64,000 nt of DNA from a bacterium (lineage in GTDB: Bacteria; Patescibacteriota; Minisyncoccia; Phycocordibacterales; Phycocordibacteraceae). The notes beneath the pieces were generated by a model. It saw nothing but the letters and a program-made list of their open reading frames with translations. It searched no databases and was not told the origin of the DNA. The DNA is taken from NCBI GenBank assembly GCA_037200965.1, contig JBBCGK010000001.1, positions 256,001 through 320,000 of the forward strand, written 5' to 3'. Position 1 is the stretch's first letter, and each line of letters starts with the position of its first letter. Positions 56,289 through 64,000 of this stretch are shown in pieces. A program made the position numbers and the translations under genes.

Positions 56289-56921
56289 TTATACTAGCCG
56301 TTTACCTGATTCTGCGCCAATAAGACCTATGGCACTTTGCACGAATAAGCGTTCCTGTATCCCCGACGACACCCGAACTCGGCACATTCCGTACGGCAAT
56401 TTCCCTTTCTTTTTCCCTTTGATTATTTCAATCCTGGTAATCTTTGCGATCGGCAACCCGGTAACTCGAGCCCAGAATATCTTCGCTCTTTGAACAGGGA
56501 TATCATCATGAAGCCGGAGAGAAAGCGAGAGTCTTGCTGATGCAATGTTAAGCGTACGAAGACAGCGGAGGAAAGTACATATAAGAGATGGATCTGAATT
56601 TATCAATGAAAAGTCCTTTTTCGTACCTTCACCCCAATAAATGCCAATAAGGAGAAACAAGAGATCTCTATTTGAAAGCCTCCCCAAAGCTGACGACGAG
56701 CGCTCCAGGATACTTTCGCGTCGAGCTTGGGAGCGCTCTCGTGAACCTCCTTGTTTCCCCCTAAGCAGCGCCTGAAATTCGGGAAGGACTGAAACATGCT
56801 GAACGTAGCGCAGCACGGTTGTTTTGGAGGTTCCTGTTTCTTTAGAAATTTCCGGAATACTTTTGCCTTTTTTTCGTAAATGTACAACTCGGTTACGCTG
56901 TTGCTCGGATATTTTTCTCAT
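56289..56921 (-). CDS. HTH plus LAGLIDADG homing-endonuclease-like protein, paralog 3
   Basis: HTH LRKKGKSIPEISKETGTSKTTVLRYV, LLFLLIGIYWGEGTK, then LINSDPSLICTFLRCLRTL. The stop lies 6 nt upstream of the tRNA-Arg 5' end. Confidence 0.65.
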   Translation of the reverse strand: MRKISEQQRNRVVHLRKKGKSIPEISKETGTSKTTVLRYVQHVSVLPEFQALLRGKQGGSRERSQARRESILERSSSALGRLSNRDLLFLLIGIYWGEGTKKDFSLINSDPSLICTFLRCLRTLNIASARLSLSLRLHDDIPVQRAKIFWARVTGLPIAKITRIEIIKGKKKGKLPYGMCRVRVSSGIQERLFVQSAIGLIGAESGKRLV

Positions 56922-57024
56922 ATACTTAAATATACCTGACTACCTATTAGTATAGAGATGCTTTATCCACTTTCTGGAAGCAAAGATCCGGCCTTGGAAT
57001 GGGTGTTTTTGCTCACCGCGCCCT

Positions 57025-57285
57025 CTAGCCCGCAATTCCCAGGAGCGAAGAAAGTTTCTCCTTGTCGAATCCGACGACCATCTCTTCGCCGATGTAGATA
57101 ACCGGCACGCCCATCTGTCCGCTCTTGTCGATCATCTCCTGGCGCTTCTGGAGGTCAGTCGCGACGTTGTAATCGGTGAAGGCGATGCCGTGCTCCTTGA
57201 AAAAATCCTTGCTCATCTGGCAGAAATGGCAGGTGGGTGTGCTGTAGATGGTAACGGTCTTTTGGGCTGGTGCTGGTGTATCCAT
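57025..57285 (-). CDS. Glutaredoxin-like protein (NrdH/Grx family)
   Basis: TVTIYSTPTCHFCQMSKDFF (CxxC) in a thioredoxin fold, with ..GVPVIYIGEEMVVGFD. Confidence 0.7.
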   Translation of the reverse strand: MDTPAPAQKTVTIYSTPTCHFCQMSKDFFKEHGIAFTDYNVATDLQKRQEMIDKSGQMGVPVIYIGEEMVVGFDKEKLSSLLGIAG

Positions 57286-57333
57286 GGTTATTTCGTTATA
57301 GCCCTAGTATAGCATTTTCGGTTATCAACAGCC

Positions 57334-57873
57334 TTAGTCCGGTGTTTTCTCGAAGTGCTGCCAGTCCTTCGGGTTCCAGTCGCCACCCCACTTCCAGCCA
57401 CAGGACTTGAAGATAGCGGCAATATCCTCCGTTATCGTACCCGGTACCGATATGTCATACACGGCGCCGGAAGGAGCAACTGCGCCGTCGATGCCGATAT
57501 AGGGATTGAGAAGCGGATTCAGGTCGATGGCACGCCCATAGGAGTGATTCGAGAGCCTCTTCGTTTCGCCGTAAATTACCCGGTAACTGAATGCGGAAGT
57601 GTTATTCGCCGCCATCGAAGCGTCGTCGTCCCAGTTGTAATGCGTGATCGGGATAATTTGGTGGATAGGAAACCGCCTCTTGAAAAGCTCCTCGAAGATT
57701 TCCCGCATCTCCCTTGCGACATCCTTGTGCACTATCAGCTGCCCTTCATGCTTATTTCCGTCGAAAGAAATATGGGGCACAGAAATAATACTGAGCTCCT
57801 CTTTAATTTCGTCCGGAATCTCCTTGCCGCGCAAGGCCTCTTCGAGTGTCACGGGTAGTTTAGATGAAATCAT
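57334..57873 (-). CDS. M15-family zinc metallopeptidase (VanY/D-Ala-D-Ala carboxypeptidase-like, LAS superfamily)
   Basis: SNHSYGRAIDLNP (SxHxxGxAxD) and WKWGGDW...DWQHFE (His ligand). Confidence 0.7.
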   Translation of the reverse strand: MISSKLPVTLEEALRGKEIPDEIKEELSIISVPHISFDGNKHEGQLIVHKDVAREMREIFEELFKRRFPIHQIIPITHYNWDDDASMAANNTSAFSYRVIYGETKRLSNHSYGRAIDLNPLLNPYIGIDGAVAPSGAVYDISVPGTITEDIAAIFKSCGWKWGGDWNPKDWQHFEKTPD

Positions 57874-57962
57874 ACAGGCGCATGTCGGTCACTTGCTTTT
57901 TATATATCATCTGGTATGGTGGCCGCGCTAACCGCTTACCAAATATACCCCTTACTACCCCC

Positions 57963-59507
57963 ATGTATAAATTCCTTACCGGCACGGCCATCGCGTTCTT
58001 GCTGCTCGCCCCCTCCCTCTCGCCCGCCCAGGCGCAAAGTGCTACATCGACCCCCTTCGGCTACTTCCAGCTTCCGGTAACGCAGAGCCCCGCTATGGCG
58101 GGGAACACGACGGAATTGACGCTGCAAGTAACGAAAAAGACGGTATCGGACCTGATCGCCATGCTCGATTCCGCACGCGCGGCGCACATGCATCTGTATA
58201 TCCATTTCGTGGACAACGGGCCCCGCGCCAATAATCCTGACGGCAGCCTCTCGCTTGCGGGCTATAAACAGGACATGAGCGCATTCTGCCAGCAGACTGC
58301 GTCGAGCACGCCTAACTGCCCGAACCTGTCCTCGTACGTTCAGGATGGGACGCTTCTGGGCTTCCACCTCTTTGAGTATTCGCTCGACCCGACTCCGGCG
58401 CAGGTGACTGAAGGCTATCCGACGCTCGACTACATGAAACAGGGCGCCGCCCACGTAAAGACGCTCTGGCCAGCGGTACCTATGGTCATCGATAGCTCGA
58501 ACCCATGCCTTCTTACCAAGCAGACATGGTCGTCAAACGACGTTTCTTCCGTACTCATCACGTTCTTCACGGCGAAACAGGATGATTTCGCAGCAGGAGC
58601 GAACAGATTCCAGAAAAATATCGCGTGCATGCAACAGGTACACCTCGGCTACGCATGGATCATCAACCCGTTCGGCGGTACCCAGCAGGCGACGTACGAG
58701 AACAATCTGCCTAACTATCGCCACTATCTCGAGACGGTACTGCTCTCGCCCGGCGCGGCGATAGCCAACCTCGTCTGGCGCTACTGGCCCAACACCGGCG
58801 CTACCGTCACCAACGGCGCCAAGGTGTTTCCAAACTTCTGGAATGAGGAGGTGAACCCCGGCGTTACCGAGACGATCGAGGAAATCGAGCGTTGCGCGAA
58901 GGCTCCCTCGGCGGCTAACTGCCCGTCAGCCACATCCCAGGCGCACGCGCCGACCTGTAAATTGTCCGCATCGCCAAGCACAGTCGCGCCCGGCAAGCAG
59001 ACGACGCTTAGCTGGACGAGCACGGACGCGACGGGCGGTACCTGGGTACAAAATAGCGCGGCGAACGCACTCGGACTCTCCGGGGACGGCGTTTTGGCAA
59101 ACGGCTCCATGGCCGTGCGAGTAGACGCGGCGGCAGGCACCACCACGCCGGTACTCACGGTCTATGACGCGTACGGGGACCGCGCGTCCTGCTCGACTTC
59201 CGTTACCGTCACCGCTAGCAGCACGCCTCCGAGCGGTCCTGCCGGCTTCATTACGAGCTTTATGGCGTCGCCTTCGCAGGTAGCGCCCGGCGGCTGGACG
59301 TATCTTATGTGGAATACGGAAAATGCCGCATCGTGCCAGCTGCAATCGATCGTCGGCGGTACCGTGCGATCGTCGATCCGAGCCGACCTCAATACAGGCG
59401 ACCCGTTCGACACCTCCCTTACACAGACGACGACCTATCGCCTCGCCTGCACGATGCTTGACGGCGCGACCGCTACCAAAGATGCCGTTGTAACGGTCGT
59501 TCCCTAA
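57963..59507 (+). CDS. Secreted hypothetical protein with C-terminal Ig-like/beta-sandwich repeats
   Basis: Start at the signal peptide MYKFLTGTAIAFLLLAPSLSPAQA. The C-terminal third is Thr/Ser-rich with repeated TLSWTSTDA/YLMWNTENA-type strands. The track ORF begins at 57864. Confidence 0.55.
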   Translation: MYKFLTGTAIAFLLLAPSLSPAQAQSATSTPFGYFQLPVTQSPAMAGNTTELTLQVTKKTVSDLIAMLDSARAAHMHLYIHFVDNGPRANNPDGSLSLAGYKQDMSAFCQQTASSTPNCPNLSSYVQDGTLLGFHLFEYSLDPTPAQVTEGYPTLDYMKQGAAHVKTLWPAVPMVIDSSNPCLLTKQTWSSNDVSSVLITFFTAKQDDFAAGANRFQKNIACMQQVHLGYAWIINPFGGTQQATYENNLPNYRHYLETVLLSPGAAIANLVWRYWPNTGATVTNGAKVFPNFWNEEVNPGVTETIEEIERCAKAPSAANCPSATSQAHAPTCKLSASPSTVAPGKQTTLSWTSTDATGGTWVQNSAANALGLSGDGVLANGSMAVRVDAAAGTTTPVLTVYDAYGDRASCSTSVTVTASSTPPSGPAGFITSFMASPSQVAPGGWTYLMWNTENAASCQLQSIVGGTVRSSIRADLNTGDPFDTSLTQTTTYRLACTMLDGATATKDAVVTVVP

Positions 59508-59619
59508 GTAGAGCCGACCTCACCTTCATGGTCGAAAACGGAGAGCCTGACTATCCCGACCTAAAGACGCAAAGAACACCACCCCCGAGTCAAAAGTGCT
59601 CGGGGTTTTGGTTTCTCGC

Positions 59620-60147
59620 TCAGCTTGTATGAATTCGTGATTTAAGTCTTTCCATATAATCGTCCTTTTCCTCGCGATATCGGTCATAGTCGTTCGCATA
59701 CCTCTTATAAAGGTTCCGTTTGAGTTCGGAGTAATCCGTCACTTCCTTCGGATGCGCTCGCAGGTAATCGCGGAGTTCAAGCATTTCTTCGACGTGATGG
59801 TGGCTACGCTGGAATACATGCACATTGGAGAGCAGCGTATCGTCCTTCATTTTTCTGAAAAGAATCGCACCCGGCATCACGAAAGCACCCGCGTAATCGT
59901 AGCCAGCAGTTGCCATTTCGGCGCGATGAATATCCGCTGACCCGACATCGTCAACGAGTATGAGAATATCTATCACCGGCTTGCCGTCCATGCCGGGGAT
60001 CGAGGTACTTCCGATGTGTTGGATATCCGTGGCATCAGAACCAAAAATCCGCCAGAGAACCGTTGCGGCCGCCTTAAATTCCTGCGGCCAGTCCGGGTCG
60101 TAGGGAACGATTTCGTACTGACGCTTTGCGTACGAATATTTATCCAT
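59620..60147 (-). CDS. GrpB-family (UPF0157) protein
   Basis: IVPYDPDWPQEF...IQHIGSTSIPGM..KPVIDILILV pattern of GrpB nucleotidyltransferase-fold proteins. Confidence 0.7.
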   Translation of the reverse strand: MDKYSYAKRQYEIVPYDPDWPQEFKAAATVLWRIFGSDATDIQHIGSTSIPGMDGKPVIDILILVDDVGSADIHRAEMATAGYDYAGAFVMPGAILFRKMKDDTLLSNVHVFQRSHHHVEEMLELRDYLRAHPKEVTDYSELKRNLYKRYANDYDRYREEKDDYMERLKSRIHTS

Positions 60148-60453
60148 CAGCCTATTTTAACTCGGCAGTGCTGCATCATACCAACAAACCCATCAGTCAC
60201 TCAAACTAGCGCTTGAGGATTGTGCCCCATCATGGTCGTGAACTAACCATAGTCAAGCTCCACAAGGATTCCTTGGCGACTTCCCCGCCAAGAGACCGAG
60301 GCGTCTCGATCTATCGCCATTTTGCGAGCTTATTGACAACATACATATTATATGATATGTACATATTAATCCCGGTTCTGGTGAACTGGTCGTCCTTCGG
60401 GATAAGGAGGTTGAGTCCTACCTCAGCAAGGGACTCGTTCAATGGAGGGTCAC

Positions 60454-60873
60454 ATGACCTTGTCAGTAAATCAGTCTTTCGTCCTCAGCGGTCCGACCAA
60501 GGAACAGCTCAAGGACTCGCTCTTTTCACCAACGTACCAAGGAGGGCGCGGCGCTTATCACGCAAAACTCCTTACCTTCACGTCAGATGGGAGATTTACG
60601 GATCACGAAGTCAGTATCAAATCCGTACAAACTCTCAACAAGCTTGGAACCCACTTCTACATTACGGGGTGGGCGCATTCCAAGACCAAGGACGGAAGGG
60701 ACGATGCGGGGAGCTCCCGAGTCGTTCACCTTCTTTATCGTACTGACTCTCGCAAGGGAGGAATCAGTTTCGATGAGAACGCGCCGTCGTCGCACTGCCT
60801 GTCGTTCAGGAAGCCGGAAGAATCCAGATGGAAAGATTGCCGGCCTGATATACAAGCAGCGCTTGAGACATAG
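60454..60873 (+). CDS. Hypothetical protein
   Basis: SD ggaggg before the internal ATG (MTLSVNQ...). The track ORF starts at 60442. Confidence 0.4.
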   Translation: MTLSVNQSFVLSGPTKEQLKDSLFSPTYQGGRGAYHAKLLTFTSDGRFTDHEVSIKSVQTLNKLGTHFYITGWAHSKTKDGRDDAGSSRVVHLLYRTDSRKGGISFDENAPSSHCLSFRKPEESRWKDCRPDIQAALET

Positions 60874-60961
60874 CGCACCGCCCTTTACCGCCCCACTGCA
60901 ATTCGGCAGTGGGGTTTTGATTTTGGCGTTAGCCTCTCGGTCACCTTGCTTAACACTAGTA

Positions 60962-61035
60962 TGGTGCGGGATACGAGAATCGAACTCGTGCCTCAACCTT
61001 GGGAAGGTCGCGTCCTGCCACTAAACCAATCCCGC
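60962..61035 (-). tRNA. tRNA-Gly (anticodon CCC) with a genomically encoded 3' CCA
   Basis: The reverse complement gives gcgggat..tggtttagtggcaggac..stem cgacc/ggttg with loop ttCCCaa..T-arm cacgagttcgattctcgt..atcccgc+a+cca. Confidence 0.7.
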
Positions 61036-61039
61036 ATTC

Positions 61040-61396
61040 TTAAAACCAATCCAAGATACGCTGCCAGAGGCTCTTCGCCGGAGGAGTCTCTGTCGCGTTT
61101 TTGGGCGGCACCACGATGATAACCTCCTCGCCCGGGCGTGCAACCCCGAAGGATTTTCGTATAGCGGCCTCCTGCCCTCTTGGAGTATCGAGCGCGTCGA
61201 GGCTTGTTGTAAGTGCGGCTTTGCGCTTCTCGAGCGCCGCGTATTCGGCCCTGGTCTCCCCGGCCGCCTTCCAGGCTATCTCCGCCTTCTGCGCAAGCGA
61301 CACCACGAGCGTCCCAAGCCATACCGCGACAAGCGCCAGAAACGCGACGAGCAGTCCCTGTTTCCAGTCGATCGTGCGTGAGGAGCGGAGCGCCAT
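61040..61396 (-). CDS. FtsB/DivIC-like septum-formation initiator (single TM plus coiled-coil)
   Basis: TM helix LLVAFLALVAVWLGTLVV, a coiled-coil segment (EYAALEKRKAALTTSLDAL), and a C-terminal ...VVPP motif. Sits upstream of lepA. Confidence 0.5.
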   Translation of the reverse strand: MALRSSRTIDWKQGLLVAFLALVAVWLGTLVVSLAQKAEIAWKAAGETRAEYAALEKRKAALTTSLDALDTPRGQEAAIRKSFGVARPGEEVIIVVPPKNATETPPAKSLWQRILDWF

Positions 61397-61414
61397 AGGA
61401 CTCCAGTATAGCGC

Positions 61415-63217
61415 TTATCGGTCGCTTCCCTGCACCATTTTCATGAACACCTCTTCCGGAATATTTACCTTCCCCGTACCGTGCTCCTTGAGCTTCTTCT
61501 TTCCCTTCTTCTGCTTCTGAAGAAGCTTGTTCTTGCGCGATACGTCGCCGCCATAGAGCCCTGCCGTCACGTCCTTCCTCATCGCCGAGAGCGAGCGCGA
61601 AGCGATGATGCGTCCGAGTGCCCGCGCCTGAATTTTCGCGACGAACTGTTGTTTGGGAAGTATGTCGTGGAGCTTTTCGACCATCTTCTCCCCTTCCTCC
61701 TGTACCCGCCTCCTTGAAATCACGCGCGCGAACGCAGGCACCGGCTCCTCCGCGACGAGGATGTCGAGCCGTACGACATCCGCCGGACGCTCGTCGAGGA
61801 ATTCATACGAGAGCGACGCATACCCCGACGATACGCTCTTTACCCGGTCGAAAAAGCCGCGCATGAGTTCCCGAAGCGGCATCTCGGCCGTCATCTCGAT
61901 GCGCCCGTCGTCATAGCCGATGGTACCGGTCGTGTTCGCCTCATGCTCGTGAAAAAGCTGCACCAATGCGCTCACCGCATCCGGCGGCATAAGCACTATC
62001 ACCTTCACCCACGGCTCTTCGATGAGCTCGATATCCCCGAAGTCGGGAAAGCGCGAAGGAGTATACACGACTTCCCTGCCCTTGCGGGTCGTGACCGCGT
62101 ACGCGATGGTCGGGATGGTGACGATAAGGGCGAGCGAGAACTCGCGCTTCAAACGTTCGGAAATGATCTCGAGGTGGAGCATGCCGAGGAATCCGCACCG
62201 GAAACCCCGGCCGAGCACTCCGGACGACTCCTCCTCAAACGAAAGCGAGGAATCGGTGAGCCGGAGGCGCTCGAGCGCCTGGCGAAGCAAGGGAAGGTCA
62301 TCCTGACTCTCGGGGTATACCGAGGCCCAGACGACCGGCCGGGGCCGCTCGAAGCCTCCCAGGGCCGGGAGAAGGCCTCTTGGAACCCCTATCGTATCTC
62401 CCACCGCCACCACCCCCGGCTCCTTGACCCCGGTGATCACATACCCGATCTCGCCGGGGCCGAGCATCTCGGCAGGAGTTTCGTCGGGCGCGAAGATGCC
62501 GACTTCAAGCGCGGTGAAGGTATTCCCCGCTGCATGGAATAGAAGCGGCTGTCCTTTCTTCAGGGTTCCGTCGAAGACGCGCAGATAGACGGTGACGCCG
62601 CGATGCGTCGAATATGAAAAGTCGAAGATGGTCGCGCGCGGTTCGTCCGCGACCGCGGCGCGCGGCGGAGGCACCCGGTCGACGACCGCCCCGAGAAGCT
62701 CGTCAACCCCCTCGCCGCTTTTGCCGGAGACCGCGAGTACCGTGTCCGGAGAAACCGCAAGGAGTTTCGCGAGCTCCTGCTTCACTTCCGGCACGCGCGC
62801 GTACGGTGAATCGATCTTCGAGACGACCGGTATGATCGTACAGCCCGCGTTCTTCGCCATCGCGAGCGTTGTCAGAGTTTGCGCCTGGACACCCTGCGTC
62901 GAGTCGACGAGGAGGAGAACGCCTTCGACCGCGGAGAGCGCCCGCGACACTTCGTATGAGAAGTCGATATGCCCCGGCGTGTCGATGAGGTTCAAAACAT
63001 AACTCGTTCCGTTCTTTTCGTACTTCATCCGCACCGGCTGCATCTTGATCGTGATGCCGCGCTCGCGCTCGAGGTCCATGCGGTCGAGCACCTGGTCCCG
63101 CATCTTGCGCGTCTCTATGGTGTGGGTGGCCTCAAGAAGCCGGTCGGCAAGCGTCGACTTACCGTGGTCCACGTGTGCCACGATGCTGAAGTTCCTCAGA
63201 TTATATAATTGTGCCAT
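61415..63217 (-). CDS. lepA: Elongation factor 4 (LepA)
   Basis: NFSIVAHVDHGKSTLADRL, DTPGHIDF, and the LepA-specific C-terminal domain. Confidence 0.9.
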   Translation of the reverse strand: MAQLYNLRNFSIVAHVDHGKSTLADRLLEATHTIETRKMRDQVLDRMDLERERGITIKMQPVRMKYEKNGTSYVLNLIDTPGHIDFSYEVSRALSAVEGVLLLVDSTQGVQAQTLTTLAMAKNAGCTIIPVVSKIDSPYARVPEVKQELAKLLAVSPDTVLAVSGKSGEGVDELLGAVVDRVPPPRAAVADEPRATIFDFSYSTHRGVTVYLRVFDGTLKKGQPLLFHAAGNTFTALEVGIFAPDETPAEMLGPGEIGYVITGVKEPGVVAVGDTIGVPRGLLPALGGFERPRPVVWASVYPESQDDLPLLRQALERLRLTDSSLSFEEESSGVLGRGFRCGFLGMLHLEIISERLKREFSLALIVTIPTIAYAVTTRKGREVVYTPSRFPDFGDIELIEEPWVKVIVLMPPDAVSALVQLFHEHEANTTGTIGYDDGRIEMTAEMPLRELMRGFFDRVKSVSSGYASLSYEFLDERPADVVRLDILVAEEPVPAFARVISRRRVQEEGEKMVEKLHDILPKQQFVAKIQARALGRIIASRSLSAMRKDVTAGLYGGDVSRKNKLLQKQKKGKKKLKEHGTGKVNIPEEVFMKMVQGSDR

Positions 63218-64000
63218 TGCGCCTTCGCTGTTGAATATTGCTTAATACCTTATTCGCGTCGGAAACCCTCTTTTGGTGCGTCAGAAAAGGCTTAAGCAAA
63301 AAGATGAGCACCTCAAGTGAGCTTGATTCGTTGACCGAGACTCTCCATACGTTCTGTTTCCATATCCATCCGTAATCATTGTCGCCCTTTCGCGCGATAA
63401 TACGGGACTTGCTGCGAATACCAGAGCGAAGAAATAACTTGTGGATATCGGCAAGAATTGCTTGATCGTAGGCGTCAATCTTGAACCTTCCCTTTCCTTG
63501 ATTCAAGCCAAACGTGCCCTCCGCGTCAATATAGCCAGCCGCGAAAGCCCATAGTAGCGTTTCGTTCGAAGAAAGCCAGCGGCGCATTCCGGGCGGATAC
63601 TTTCCGAGCAGAAATGTAAAGGATCGATTGAGATAACAGTTCAGGTGGGCGCTTCGGGAATTACGAGAAATAGTAACAGTACCGTACTGGCAAAACAGCT
63701 CCTTAAAAAGTCTCTCCTGCGCTAGATGGGTGGTGTGACAACGAACAACAACTGTTTCTGACACACCCGGTGGGACATACGCGTTCAAATCTCCATATTT
63801 GAAACCGAGCAGATATGCTTTATCAATGTCTGATCCGCTAAAGTCCTTCCTTGGATACTTAGTTTGCGCAGCGCTCTTACTTTTTAGAGAAATGTCTGCT
63901 TCAATAAGGCGATTTCTGATCGTTATTGAGGTGCAACCGTATTTTTGTGCAATTTTCGCCGGACTCCATTTCCTATGAAGATATAGTTTCTCTAAATCGG
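63201..64000 (-). CDS. HTH plus double-LAGLIDADG homing-endonuclease-like protein, paralog 4. The N-terminus lies beyond the window end. It overlaps the lepA start region by 17 nt.
   Basis: Upstream of the track start, the same frame continues to the window edge: ...WSPAKIAQKYGCTSITIRNRLIEADISL (HTH) ...KAYLLGFKYGDL (motif 1) ... LLWAFAAGYIDAEGTF (motif 2). Confidence 0.55.
   Translation of the reverse strand, partial: DLEKLYLHRKWSPAKIAQKYGCTSITIRNRLIEADISLKSKSAAQTKYPRKDFSGSDIDKAYLLGFKYGDLNAYVPPGVSETVVVRCHTTHLAQERLFKELFCQYGTVTISRNSRSAHLNCYLNRSFTFLLGKYPPGMRRWLSSNETLLWAFAAGYIDAEGTFGLNQGKGRFKIDAYDQAILADIHKLFLRSGIRSKSRIIARKGDNDYGWIWKQNVWRVSVNESSSLEVLIFLLKPFLTHQKRVSDANKVLSNIQQRRRNGTII

Noticed and set aside
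46170-56970. DnaA-box-like motifs as evidence of a chromosomal origin (oriC)
   Set aside because: The boxes are dispersed over 10 kb, each in front of an HE-like paralog. No dnaA, dnaN or gyrB gene, AT-rich DUE or box cluster is present, so a regulatory or mobile-element role is more likely than oriC.
1-64000. CRISPR arrays
   Set aside because: No regularly spaced direct repeats were seen. The only notable repeats are the 96-bp paralog segment, the lipoprotein C-terminal duplication and the IS30 terminal inverted repeats.

Overview
This 64 kb window is a high-GC (about 60%) bacterial chromosome segment with features typical of a reduced-genome lineage, possibly Patescibacteria/CPR-like. The supporting features are a short IF-2, a four-domain S1, a short ValRS, and an ftsA-ftsZ pair without mur genes. 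The housekeeping backbone I can support is a partial cysteine desulfurase, infB-rbfA, two tRNA clusters, gyrA carrying an intein, rpsA, pth, lepB, a HisRS-like gene, rpsU-ybeY-ftsA-ftsZ, trxB, an RND efflux pair, nrnA-tsaD, valS, a PrsW-like protease, Hsp20 and lepA. Against this backbone sit several accessory or unusual loci. First, a minus-strand operon runs methyltransferase, solute-binding protein, then six tandem small two-TM proteins with VirB2/TrbC-like (T4SS pilin-like) topology; one of the six carries a Cys-rich repeat domain, and two share a near-identical 96-bp segment. Second, four paralogous genes encode an N-terminal HTH fused to a LAGLIDADG homing-endonuclease-like domain. Three of them end 2 to 21 nt upstream of a tRNA gene on the same strand, and each is preceded by a TTATCCAC(A) motif identical to the DnaA-box consensus. 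Third, a mini-intein with a LAGLIDADG endonuclease sits at the classic gyrA-a site (AAMRY|C...HN|TEA). Fourth, an AT-rich island of about 3.3 kb follows tRNA-Ser; it begins with an N-terminally truncated XRE-type HTH remnant and includes a candidate HEPN/Abi-like protein. Fifth, an IS30-family element has recognisable terminal inverted repeats. Sixth, a small DUF5678-like ORF is translationally coupled to a retropepsin-like protease. Several sub-60-aa ORFs with a Shine-Dalgarno sequence and a downstream terminator are absent from the ORF track. Many long ORFs in the track are antisense artefacts of high-GC coding regions and were rejected. Coordinates I derived by hand (tRNAs, hairpins, small ORFs) may be off by 1-2 nt.
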